Origin: Leucoraja ocellata
Lineage: Eukaryota
DNA length: 64,000 bases
Direction: 5' to 3'
NCBI GenBank assembly: GCA_036785375.1
Contig: JAWMAR010002443.1
Location: 1 to 64,000, forward strand
Shown here: one piece after another, positions 33,679 to 46,093 of the stretch
Layout: each line of letters starts with the position of its first letter
How positions within the stretch are numbered: the stretch's first letter is position 1
Notes under the pieces: model-generated
What the model saw: only the letters and a program-made list of their open reading frames with translations
Databases searched by the model: none
What the model was told of the DNA's origin: nothing
Translations under genes and position numbers: made by a program

Positions 33679-34579
33679 TGAATTTAGTGGCGATTGTGAT
33701 CCTGTCCCGGGGAAAGTGCGGCCTCTCCACCTGCACAACTCGCTACCTGGTGGCCATGGCAGCGGCCGATCTACTAGCCGTCATCACCGAGGTCATTTTG
33801 TGTCGGATCCGATATCATTACTTTAATTGGAGTTTCCTCTCCATCACCCCTGTGTGTAGTGTCATCGTTGTACTGAGGACTGCAGCTTCAGACTGTTCTG
33901 TCTGGTTCACCGTTACTTTCACCTTTGATCGCTTTGTCGCCATTTGTTGCCAGAAGCTGAAATCTAAATATTGCAGCGGGAAAACTGCGGCTGCGGTTCT
34001 GGCAACAGCCGGCGTTCTGCTCCGTCTGAAAAACATTCCCCGCTACTTCACACAGGAACCCTCGATAATCATCGACAATGTCCCGTGGTTCTGTGTCCTG
34101 ATTGACAGTTATTTCACTGACCCCGTGTGGGTGGCATTTGACTGGATTAACACGGGTTTAACTCCTTTCCTCCCTTTCGCTGTTATCCTGCTGCTCAACG
34201 CTCTGACAGTCCGGCACATTTTAGTGGCCAGTCGGGTCCGTAAGGGGCTGAGGGGTGAGAGCAAACGCGAGAACCGCAGTGACCCGGAGATGGAGAGCAG
34301 GAGGAGGTCTGTGGTTTTACTCTTCACCATCTCCGGCAGCTTCATCCTCCTGTGGATGACGCTGGTTGTAAACTTCGTCTATTATCAGATCACAGGAATT
34401 GGAACTGATGGGAATGATTCTCAATATATATCGTCGGGTATTTGCTGAGGAATCTCAGCTGCTGCACCAACACATTTATTTACGCGGTGACCCAGTCCAA
34501 GTTCAGGGAGCAGTTGAAGAGCGCGGTGAAATATCCGCTCACCTCAATGCTTCGGCTCATTAATAAATCCGCGCCCTAA
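33679..34579 (+). pseudogene. GPR139/142-like class A GPCR exon 2, frameshifted before TM7
   Basis: cccgcag| acceptor; YLVAMAAADLL (TM2), TFDRFVAIC (TM3), PFLPFAVILLLN (TM5), SFILLW (TM6). TM7 GYLLRNLSCCTNTFIYAVTQSKFREQ is in another frame after about 34432, with its stop at 34577-34579. Confidence 0.88.
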
Positions 34580-35035
34580 GGGCACCCATCCCAGGAGCGG
34601 CCGCAGTCTCTCCGCTCCGGGCTCCGGCTCCTGACATTCACCGCCGGAGCCGGGAGGGAGGGAGGGAGGAGCTGGCCAAAGATCCCCTAGCAGGGACAAC
34701 AGTGGAACAACAATGGCAGGTATTTCTGGGAACAACACAGAAGGTGCCGGATCAGTTCATTCCAAAGAGGAAGAAAGACTTCAGGGACAGTATAAACATT
34801 AAGGCGTAGCAAAGATGAGCAGGAAGCAAGAGGAGNNNNNNNNNNNNNNNNNNNNNNNNNNNNNNNNNNNNNNNNNNNNNNNNNNNNNNNNNNNNNNNNN
34901 NNNNNNNNNNNNNNNNNNNNNNNNNNNNNNNNNNNNNNNNNNNNNNNNNNNNNNNNNNNNNNNNNNNNNNNNNNNNNNNNNNNNNNNNNNNNNNNNNNNN
35001 NNNNNNNNNNNNNNNNNNNNNNNNNNNNNNNNNNN

Positions 35036-37670
35036 CCCTCCCACCCACACATTCAGTGCATCTCCAAACAATCTCCCCCCCATGCACTCTTGGTGGTCCC
35101 ACAGAGCAGCCATTCCTGCCTATTAGGTTCTATTGTGATGAAGAACACACAGCATTAAAAGTGCAAAAATGTTTTATTAAATTTTAAAATGTGAATGACT
35201 CTTAAAATATAAGAACAATTTAAATTTTAAAGATGAGATTTATTAATGTTTTACTTGTTGTGTCTTGTTGCGTCTTGTTGTGTTCTGCTGCTCACTGCCT
35301 CTTGATGACTATTTCCTGTTGATAAAAAGAATCAATTTTAATATAGAGAAAGCCAGGGGTCAGATTTAAAGAAGGAAAATCTGAGAATTTACCTCAGAAG
35401 TCATCATTCAACGAAGCACGCTATTAATGACAACATTCTTGGGCGATTTTCCATCCTTCAGGAAACCTTTGACATTTCCCTTCATATTTCTGTTGAGCTA
35501 GTATGTTGTGCCAAAGGTATTGGTTTCCAGAGGGCTAGTATGGAGTTTGTGGGCGGAATGGATTTTTGGGCTGGGAGCACAGTCACTGCGGGCTGGCAGC
35601 TCAGTCACTGAGGGCTGGCAGCTCAGTCACTGATGCCTGTACTGGCAGGGGGCACCAGAATGCTTGGTGTTGCTGAAGACATCTGGAAGAGTTCTGCCCA
35701 CAACTTCAAAGCATACTCTCCTAATCATTGGACATTCATCCCAAACAATGACTTTCACTTGCCTCGTGAAATGTGCCGTCTTTGGCCACTTTGATGGGTA
35801 TCTTGAATCGAGAATGCGTCGTTCTTCCACCAGGCAGAAATGTAGCTGCTATCCTAGAGGACACTACAGCAATAGCCAAATCACATAACATTTCCTGATA
35901 TGATGTTCAAAAAGCAGCCCAAAGACAATTTCAGTTGTTAATGAACACTGAAGATTTTGTGCAAAACATTTTTTTGAGGTAGGGGCTGTCAGGGTGGGGT
36001 GGGAGGTGGTAAACATCGTGCTGCCAATGGAGGGGCACAGCTTCAGGTGGGGGTTCTCGTGAGCTGATGAGAAATGTGGGTGGGGGGCTCATGCAGGGCA
36101 TGAGGGCGGCTTCAGTAGGGGGTGCATCTATTGCCAGGCGGATGTGGGGGGTGTCAGTGGAGGAGAGGGGGCAGTGAGCGATTTACTCATGACCTGTGGA
36201 CTCACTCATTGCCTTGGGATTGACTCATGCCCTTTAGACTGATTGACTCTCACGGCTTGTGGACTGACTGATGCCCAACTTCTGGAGTCACATCCGACTT
36301 TTGTAAACTGAAAACGGTAACATCTACATTGAGGAACAGCTTCTTCCGGACAGCCATCACGCTAATAAACTTAACAAATAAGCTCTGAACTACGAAATAC
36401 TATTATTTCACACACACACACACATATATGTATATATTCACACGCTCTCACTCATATATTCATACACACACACACATTCACTCACACACACGTACACACA
36501 CACATATTCACACACACACATTTTCACACATATTCACACACTCAGACACACACACATACACACATGCACATATTCACACACACACATTTTCACACATATT
36601 CACACACATTCCCATACACATATTCACAAACAGACTCATTCACGCACACACAAACTNNNNNNNNNNNNNNNNNNNNNNNNNNNNNNNNNNNNNNNNNNNN
36701 NNNNNNNNNNNNNNNNNNNNNNNNNNNNNNNNNNNNNNNNNNNNNNNNNNNNNNNNNNNNNNNNNNNNNNNNNNNNNNNNNNNNNNNNNNNNNNNGGGTC
36801 ACGACCCATGACCCGTACTGTTGCTACGCTACACCAAATGGATTACACGCGATGTACTGCAGGTAGGCACTTACCATCGTTTCCAACTCCATCTCCCAGG
36901 GAGATGCTAACCGCTAATCGTTGTTTCTGTACTGTACACTGACAACGACAATTAAAGTTGAAACTGAATCTGAACCTGAACGTAGCGGATCCGTTAAAAC
37001 CCGCCGAATATTTCCATTTTTGGGCTGCAAATAATTATGGAAATCGGGATGAGCATGCGAGACATTTAGCCTACTTCAGAATGCCAAAAGTGAGGAGAAA
37101 TGAAAGTAGATAGAAGTGAGAGCTGAAGGGACATCAAACAGAGTGCTTAGCGAACATTGACCGTTTGCTCACTAAATTTCATCAACACTAAAGCATTATT
37201 TGTGTTTTTTCTTGATTCCTTTGGCATCTAAAAAGTTTCAGAAGTGATAAATCTGGCTGTATTTTTTTTAAAAATAAATCGCCCATTGTTCTCAAGTGGG
37301 TTTTTACGTACAAAATGAAAACGCATCTGAAGAAAAATTTACAGCCAGATTTATCACTTCTGAGAATTTTTAAATACCGAAGGAATCAAGGAAAACACGA
37401 ATAATGCCTTACTGTTGATGAAATGCAGTGAGCAAACACGATAATTCCAATATTTTCAATTACGATATCTGCACAGCCAATCTTTACCAAGCACTTTAGC
37501 TGCTGTTGTCCCTTCAATTCTCGCATCCCTTTACCTTCATTTCATTTCACGTTTGGAATTCTAATGTTGGGTACATGTCTCTCACACTTACCCCAACTTC
37601 CACATTTTTTTTCAGAGCACAAATTCAACATTTTGGCGGTTTTTAGCAGATAGGAAAGTACGCGTTTCTT
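35036..37670 (-). mobile_element. Composite Helitron copy 2 (inverted)
   Basis: Reverse complement of the blocks in copies 1 and 3, including Pif1 VIVWDECPM (35627-35830) and the (CA)-rich satellite; its 3' end falls in or beyond the N gap. Confidence 0.85.
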
Positions 37671-38093
37671 GCATTAATAACATATAGTGGAAGTGACAGA
37701 TGTCTTCAGATGGTTTGAGCGGCTCCGTGCGTCAAGTCCTATTACCTTGTGACCTTACGTGCAACCCCCTATTCACACACACACACACTCACGCAAACAN
37801 NNNNNNNNNNNNNNNNNNNNNNNNNNNNNNNNNNNNNNNNNNNNNNNNNNNNNNNNNNNNNNNNNNNNNNNNNNNNNNNNNNNNNNNNNNNNNNNNNNNN
37901 NNNNNNNNNNNNNNNNNNNNNNNNNNNNNNNNNNNNNNNNNNNNNNNNNNNNNNNNNNNNNNNNNNNNNNNNNNNNNNNNNNNNNNNNNNNNNNNNNNNN
38001 NNATTTTCACACACGCACACACATATATATTCACACACGCACATTCACACACTCTCATATGTTATTTTCCGGACACAATTCCTCATTGTATTC

Positions 38094-38126
<33 letters not shown>

Positions 38127-38139
38127 TCACACACACACT

Positions 38140-38176
<37 letters not shown>

Positions 38177-38273
38177 ACATTCACAAATGCAGATTTTGCT
38201 GAAACGCAATTGCCGCTGTGGATGTAACATTTACCAGTCTGTAGAATCATTCAACACCTCGTGCACGTCTTCA

Positions 38274-38392
38274 GCGCCATCTTGCGTCCGACCGGAAATT
38301 ACGTCATCACCGCAATCTTCCCAATAACCCGAAATGACGTATTCGCCGCCATCTTACCGATCGCCGGAAATTACGTCATGGCCGCCATCTTC
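38274..38392. promoter_or_regulatory. Cluster of YY1-like and ETS/CRE-like motifs
   Basis: cgccatctt x3, ccggaaattacgtcat x2 and ccgaaatgacgt within 120 bp of CpG-rich sequence. Confidence 0.45.
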
Positions 38393-38923
38393 AAACCGCC
38401 ACAATCACAAAATGTCCGCCAATTTTAAATTTAAACACAGTGCTGATTGAAATAAAAAGGTTATTTCGCGCATTACTGGCCTGAAAACGTTGCAACAAAC
38501 GCGTACATTCCTATCTGTTAAAAACCGCGAAAATGTTGAATTTTTGCCTTGGAAAAAATTGTGGAAGTTGGGATAAGTGTGACAGACATGTACCCAACAT
38601 TAGAATTCCAAACGTGAAATGAAATGACGGTAAAGAGAAGCGAGAATTGAAGGGACAACAGCAGCTAAAGTGCTTGGTAAACATTGTCTGTGCAGATATC
38701 GTAATTGAAAATATCAGAATTATCGTGTTTTCATTTTGTACGTAAAAACCTACTTGAGAACCATGGGCGATTAAAAAAAAATACAGCCAGATTTATTACT
38801 TCTGAAACTTTTTAGATGCTAAAGGAATCAAGAAAAAACACAAATAATGCTTCAGTGTTGATGAAATGAAGTGAGCAAACGGCCAATGTTCGCAAAGCAC
38901 TCTGTCTGTTGTCCCTTCAGCTC

Positions 38924-39332
38924 CCAATACAATACAATACAATACAATACGATTTTATTTGTCATTTGAACCCCAAGGGGTTCAAACGAAATGTTGTTTC
39001 TGCAGTTTTACACACAAAAAATAACCAAGACACAATACAATTTACACAAACATCCATCACAGCGCATCTCCTCCTCGCTGTGATGGAAGGCAAAAACGTA
39101 CCTCTCCCCTGCATATCCCATTCCCCTCCCGATGTCAGAGTCAAAGTCAAAGCCCCCGGTGGGCGATGGTAATTTTCCCGCGGCCATTATGCCGCGCCGG
39201 GTGATGCAAGGCCACGCTCCGGGCCTTGGTGTTGGGGCCCCGGGCGGGCGCTGGCAAAGTCCCGCAGCCATTCCAAGCCGCGCGGGGGCGATGATGTAAG
39301 GCTCCGCTCCAGGAACTCTTCAACCCCGCAAC
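38924..39332 (-). mobile_element. Non-LTR/SINE-like fragment with (CAATA)n tail
   Basis: Interrupts the Helitron block between cttcagctc and ctctcacttct; same family as 7493-7902. Confidence 0.65.
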
Positions 39333-39854
39333 TCTCACTTCTATCTACCGTCATTTCTCCTCACTTTTGGAATTCTGAAGTAGGCTCATCCCGATTTCCA
39401 TAATTATTTGCAGCGCAAAACATGACATTTTCGGCGGGTTTTAACGGGCCCGCTACGTTCATATTCATATTCAGATTCAACTTTAATTGTCGTTGTCAGT
39501 GTACAGTACAGAGACAACGAAATTCGGTTAGCATCTCCCTGGAAGATGGAGTTGGAAACAATGGTAAGTGCCTACCTGCAGTACATCGCGTGTAATCCAT
39601 TTGGTTTAGCGTAGTACGGGTCATGGGTCATGATCCGACTNNNNNNNNNNNNNNNNNNNNNNNNNNNNNNNNNNNNNNNNNNNNNNNNNNNNNNNNNNNN
39701 NNNNNNNNNNNNNNNNNNNNNNNNNNNNNNNNNNNNNNNNNNNNNNNNNNNNNNNNNNNNNNNNNNNNNNNNNNNNNNNNNNNNNNNNNNNNNNNNNNNN
39801 NNNNNNNNNNNNNNNNNNNNNNNNNNNNNNNNNNNNNNNNNNNNNNNNNNNNNN

Positions 39855-40678
39855 CATTTGGAAGAATGGGCTGAAAGATGGCAGATGGAGTTTAATGCTG
39901 ATAAAAGTGAGGTGCTATTCTAGTAAATCAAAATAGGACGTACATGGTAAATGGTAGGGAATTGAAGAATACAGTTGAACAGAGGGATCTGGGAATAACC
40001 GTGCATAGTTCCTTGAAGGTGGAATCTCATATAGATAGGGTGGTAAAGAAAGCTTTTGGTTTGCTAGCCTTAGTAAATCAGATTATTGAGCATAGAAGCT
40101 GGGATGGGATGTTAAAATTGTACAAGGCATTGGTGAGACCAAATCTGGAGTATGGTGTACAATTTTGGTCGTCCAATTATAGGAAGGATGTCAACAAAAT
40201 AGAGAGCGTACAGAGGAGATTTACTAGAATGATGCCTGGGTTTCAACAACTAAGTTACAGAGAAAGGTTGAATAAGTTAGGTCTTTATTCTCTGGAGCGC
40301 AGAATGTTAAGGGGGCACTTGATAGAGGTCTTTAAAATGATGAGAGGGATAGACAGCTTTTCCCTTTGAGAATAGGGAAGATTCTAACAAGAGGACATGA
40401 CTTCAGAATTAAGGGACAGAAGTTTAGGGGTAACATGAGGGGGAACGTCTTTACTCAGAGAGTGGTAGCGGTGTGGAATGAGCTTCCAGTGGAATTGGTG
40501 CCGGTAGGTTCGTTGGCATCATTTAAAAATAAATTGAATAAGCATATGGATGAGAAGGGAATGGAGGGTTATGGTATGAGTGCAGGCAGGTGGGACTAAG
40601 GGAAAAAAGTTGTTCGGCACGGACTTGTAGGGCCGAGATGACGTGTTTCCGTGCTGTGATTGTTATATGGTTATATGG
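39855..40678 (+). mobile_element. CR1 3' fragment (TATGGTTA tail)
   Basis: ORFs 39944-40369 and 40366-40599 are homologous to 2646-3422; the tail joins the (GT) satellite. Confidence 0.93.
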
Positions 40679-43039
40679 TGTGTGTGAATATGTGTGTGTG
40701 AATATGTGTGCGTATGTGTGTGTATGTGTGTGTGTGAATATGTGCGTGTGCGTATATGTGTGTGGGTGTACATGTGTGTGCCTGAATATGTGTGAGTGAA
40801 TATGTGTGTGTNNNNNNNNNNNNNNNNNNNNNNNNNNNNNNNNNNNNNNNNNNNNNNNNNNNNNNNNNNNNNNNNNNNNNNNNNNNNNNNNNNNNNNNNN
40901 NNNNNNNNNNNNNNNNNNNNNNNNNNNNNNNNNNNNNNNNNNNNNNNNNNNNTGTGTGAAATAATATAGTATTTCGTAGTTCAGAGCTTATTTGTTAATT
41001 TTAATAGCGTGATGGCTGTCAGGAAGAAACTGTTCCTCAATGTAGATGTTATCGTTTTCAGTTTACAAAAGTCGGACGTGACTCCAAAAGTCGGGCATCA
41101 GACAGTCCACAAGCCGTGAGAGTCAGTCAGTCTAAAGGACATGAGTTAATCCCAAGGTAGTGAGTGAGTCCACAGGTCATGAGTAAATCGCTCACTGCCC
41201 CCTCTCCACTGACATCCCGCACCTCAAGATGCTGCCCTCCGCCTGGTAATAGATGCACCCCGTACTGAAGCCGCCCTCATCACCTGCATGAGCCCCCCCC
41301 CCCCCCTTCTCATCAGCTCACGAAACCCCCGCCTGAAGCTGTTCGCCTCCCTTGGCTGCACGATGTTTACCACCCCCCACCCCACCCTGACAGCCCCCAC
41401 CTCAAAAAAATTTTGCACAAAATCTTCACAAAATTAACAACTGAAATTTTCTTTCGGCTGCTTTTTCAACATCATGTCAGGACATGTTAGAGGTCAAGGT
41501 GATGTGGCTATTGCTGTAGTATTCTCTGGGATAGCAGCTACATTTCTGCCTGGTGGAAGAACTACACATTATCGATTCAAGATACCCATCCAAGTGGCCG
41601 ACGATACATTGTGCAACATCGAGAAGAACTCTAAGACGGCACATTTCGCGAGGCAAGTGAAAGTCATTGTTTGGGATGAATGTCCAATGATAGGAGAGAA
41701 TGTTTTGAAGTTGTGGACAGAAGTCTTCAGCAACACTAAGCATTTCGGTGCCCCTTGCCAGTACAGGCGTCAATGATTGAGCTGCCAGCCCTCAGTGACT
41801 GAGCTGCCAGCCCAAAAATCAATTCCGCCCACAAACTCCACACTAGCCCTCTGGAAACCAGTACATTCGGTCCAACATACTAACTCAACAGAAATATGAA
41901 GGGAAATGTCAAAGGTTTCCTGAAGGATGGAACATCGGCCAAGAATGTTGTCATTAATAGCGTGCTTCGTTGAATGATGACTTCTGAGGTAAATTCTTAG
42001 ATTTTCCTTCTAAAAATCTGACCGCTGACTTTCTCTATATTAAAATTGTCTCTTGTTATCAACAGGAAATAATCATTAAATAGGCAGCGAGCAGCAGAAC
42101 ACAACAAGACGCAACAAGACAATAAGTAAAAACTTAATAAATCTCATCTTTAAAATTTAAATCGTTCTCATATTTTAAGAGTCATTCACATTTTAAACTT
42201 TAATAAAACATGTTTCCACTTTTAATGCCGTGTGTTCTTCAACACAACAGAACCTAATAGGCAGGAACGGCTGCTCTGTGGGAGAGCCACTAAGAGTGCA
42301 TGGGGGGAGGTTGTTTGGAGATGCACTGAATGTGTGGGTGGGAGGGGAATGGCAAGGAGCAGAGTGGGGGGGGGGTGAGTGAACTGCCAGCGTACAAGGC
42401 GTGAGTGACTGCACTGCCAGCCGACGACCCGTGAGTTAATGAACTGCCATACCACCAGCTGTAAGGGACTGAACTGCCAGCCCAATAATCCATTCAGTCC
42501 ACCCTCTTCCCCATTCTCTCTTAGTCTCACCTGTTTTGGGCAGAATCTCTGGCAGTTTCTCAGCCGCCAGCCTGCCAGGTCCGAGTGATTGCACTGCCAG
42601 GCCTCAGTGACTGAGCTGCCAGCCCTCAGTAACTGTGCTGCCAGCCCAAACATCTATATGACCCACAAATTCCATACTAGCCCTCTGGAAATCAGTACCT
42701 TCGGCCACCAACACTCAGACTAGCGCAACAGAAAGCCCCCCCCCCCAAACACACACTGGCCAGCAATATTGGAATGTGTGGAGAGGTGGAATATTGTGTT
42801 GGGTGTCCAGCCCTCCCGCGTAATGCTGGGACCCAACGGGCCCCACTTAGTCTAGTATCTTGTATTATAAATCTCTGTTCTTGACCACCTGGTTTCCGAG
42901 AGAACGCCGCCACCTACGGCCGTCATTTTTGGCCACCTTGCTCAGAGCCCGCCTCCGCCGCATGTGTGCCGAGGATTTGTCCCGGCGATAACAAATGACA
43001 GATATATGAATGTTTTTACAAAATTCCCCATTCTCTCTA

Positions 43040-46016
43040 TAGGGACTATAAAACCATGAAGTGATGTGCCTTACTCACTCTTCAAGATGGAGGACGGCAG
43101 AGGGTCAACTTTCTCTGAGCTGTAAATAACACTGAACACATGTTCACAAATGTGTGTGCCCTTCGTGGTTCTAAAATGCTTGGAAAAAAGTATCTATTGA
43201 TTCTAAAATGCAAAAAAAATGTCTATTGGCTTTAAATGCAAAAAGTGTCTTTTCGTTCTACAATGTTTGCAGAATGTATCTCTTTTGGTTCTAAAATGCT
43301 TGCAAACATGTCTATTGGTTCTCAAATGCTTGCAAACAAGTCTATTGGTTCTAAAAAGATATGTGAAAATAAAGAAGATTTGTGAAAAGAAAGAGATTAA
43401 TTAAATCAAATGTAGGTCCCTTGCAGTCAGAAACAGGTGAGTTGATCATGGGGAACAAGGATATGGCGGACCAATTGAATAACTACTTTGGTTCCGTCTT
43501 CACTAAGGAAGACATAAATAATTTGCCGGAAATAGCAGGGGACCGCGGGTCAAATGAGTTGGAGGAATTGAGTGAAATCCAGGTTAGCCGGGAAGTGGTG
43601 TTGGGTAAATTGAATGGATTAAAGGCCGATAAATCCCCAGGGCCAGATAGGCTACATACCAGAGTACTTAAGGAAGTAGCTCCAGAAATAGTGGATGCAT
43701 TAGTAATAATCTTTCAAAACTCTTTAGATTCTGGAGTAGTTCCCGAAGATTGGCGGGTAGCAAACGTAACCCCACTTTTTAAGAAGGGAGGGAGAGAGAA
43801 AATGGGGAATTACAGACCAGTTAGTCTAACATCGTAGTGGAGAAACTGCTAGAGTCAGTTATTAAAGATGGGATAGCAGCACATTTGGAAAGTGGTGAAT
43901 ACATTGGACAAAGTCAGCATGGATTTACGAAAGGTAAATCATGTCTGACGAATCTTATAGAATTTTTCGAGGATGTAACTAGTAGCGTGGATAGGGGAGA
44001 ACCAGTGGATGTGGTGTATCTGGACTTCCAGAAGGCTTTTGACAAGGTCCCACATAAGAGATTAGTATACAAATTTAAAGCACACGGCATTGGGGTCGGT
44101 ATTGATGTGGATAGAGAACTGGCTGGCAAACAGGAAGCAAAGAGTAGGAGTAAACGGGTCCTTTTCACAATGGCAGGCAGTGACTAGTGGGGTACCGCAA
44201 GGCTCAGTGCTGGGACCCCAGCTATTTACAATATATATTAATGATCTGGATGAGGGAATTGAAGGCAATATCTCCAAGTTTGCGGATGACACTTAGCTGG
44301 GGGGCAGTGTTAGCTGTGAGGAGGATGCTAGGAGACTGCAAGGTGACTTGGATAGGCTGGGTGAGTGGGCAAATGTTTGGCAGATGCAGTATAATGTGGA
44401 TAAATGTGAGGTTATCCATTTTGGTGGCAAAAACTGGAAAGCAGACTATTATCTAAATGGTGGTCGATTGGGAAAGGGGGAGATGCAGCGAGACCTGGGT
44501 GTCATGGTACATCAGTCATTGAAGGTAGGCATGCAGGTGCAGCAGGCAGTAAAGAAAGCGAATGGTATGTTAGGTTTCATTGCAAAAGGATTTGAGTATA
44601 GGAGCAGGGAGGTTCTCCTGCAGTTGTACAGTGTCTTGGTGAGACCACACCTGGAGTATTGCGTACTGTTTTGGTCTCCAAATCTGAGGAAGGACATTAT
44701 TGCCATAGAGGGAGTGCAGAGACTGTTCACCAGACTGATTCCTGGGAGGTCAGGACTGTCTTATGAAGAAAGACTGGATAGGCTTGGTTTATACTCTCTA
44801 GAATTTAGGAGATTGAAAGGGGATCTTATAGAAACTTACAAAATTCTTAAGGGGTTGGACAGGCTAGATGCAGGAAGATTGTTCCCGATGTTAGGGAAGT
44901 CCAGGACAAGGGGTCACAGCTTAAGGATAAGGGGGAAACCCTTTAAAACCGAGATGAGAATAACTTTTTTCACACAGAGAGTGGTGAATCTCTGGAACTC
45001 TCTGCCACAGAGGGTAGTTGGAGCCAGTTCATTGGCTATATTTAAGAGGGAGTTAGATGTGGCCCTTGTGGCTAAGGGGATCAGGGGGTATGGAGAGAAG
45101 GCAGGTACGGGATACCGAGTTGGATGATCAGCCATGATCATATTGAATGGCGGTGCAGGCTCGAAACACATGTATACGCAAATGTGAGTGCACCTAATTT
45201 CTATGTTTCTATGTTTCTAAAGCTTGCAAAAATGTATATTGGTTCTATAATGTTTGCAAAAAGTGTCCATCGGTTCTAAAATGTTTCCAAAAAGTGTCTT
45301 TTCGTTCTACAATGTTTGCAGAATGTATATTTTTTGGTTCTAAAATGCTAGCAAACATGTCTATTGGGTTTAAAGCTTGCAAAAAAATGTATATTGGTTC
45401 TAAATGCTTGGAAAAAGTGTCTATTGGTTTTAAAATGTTTGGAAAAAATGTCTATTGGTTCAAAAGCTTGCAAAAATGTCTATTGGTTATAAAATGCTTG
45501 CAAAAAGTGTCTCTATTGGTTCTAAAATGCTTGCAAATGTGGGAGCGGAGGGACTATAAAACTCGGAAGTGGTGTGCCTCACTGTCTCTTCAAGATGGAG
45601 GAAGGCACGTTTGTTTGAGCTGTGAATAACACTGAACACATGTTTACGCAAATGTGAGTGTCCTTAGTTGTTCTAAAATGCTTGCAAAAAGTACCTATAC
45701 GTTCTAAAATATTTGCAATAAGTGTCTATTGGTGCTAAAATGATTGCAAAAAGTGTATCTTTTGGTTCGAGAATGCTTGCAGAATGTGCCTTGTTTTGTT
45801 CCGAAAAGCTTGCCAAAAGTGTCTATTGGTTTTAAAGTTTTCAAAAAAAATGACTATTGGTTTTAAAACTTCCAAAAAAAGACTATTGGTTCTAAAGCAT
45901 GAAAAACAAGTCTATTGGTTCTAAAGCCTGCAAAAAAATATCTATTGGTTCTAAAGCTTGCAAAAAATCTCTATTGATTCTAAAATGTTTACAGATAGTA
46001 TCTCTATTGCTTCTAA
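43040..46016. repeat. ~30-bp tandem repeat (gtctattggttctaaaatgcttgcaaaaa) with a duplicated ~120-bp unit, split by a CR1
   Basis: Units at 43165-43355 and 45218-46016; the gggactataaaa...caagatggagg block occurs at 43041 and 45550. Confidence 0.85.
43356..45219 (+). mobile_element. CR1 LINE ORF2 fragment (TTTCTATG tail)
   Basis: [31 protein letters not shown] and VRPHLEYC motifs. Confidence 0.95.
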
Positions 46017-46093
46017 AGTGTGTGTGCGCGTCGTCTGTCTGTGCGTGCGTATGCAGGAGTTGCTGTGTAAGTGCCTGTGTATAAGTGTGTGAG

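Larger units (their letters stand above)
38500..42855 (+). mobile_element. Composite Helitron copy 3
   Basis: Same block order as copy 1; Pif1 fragment 41474-41776; hairpin gggaccc-aac-gggcccc (42828-42844), then CTAG (42852-42855) followed by T. Confidence 0.87.

Noticed and set aside
43165-46016. ~30-bp repeats as a CRISPR array
   Set aside because: Units are head-to-tail and degenerate with no unique spacers, there are no cas genes, and the context is eukaryotic.
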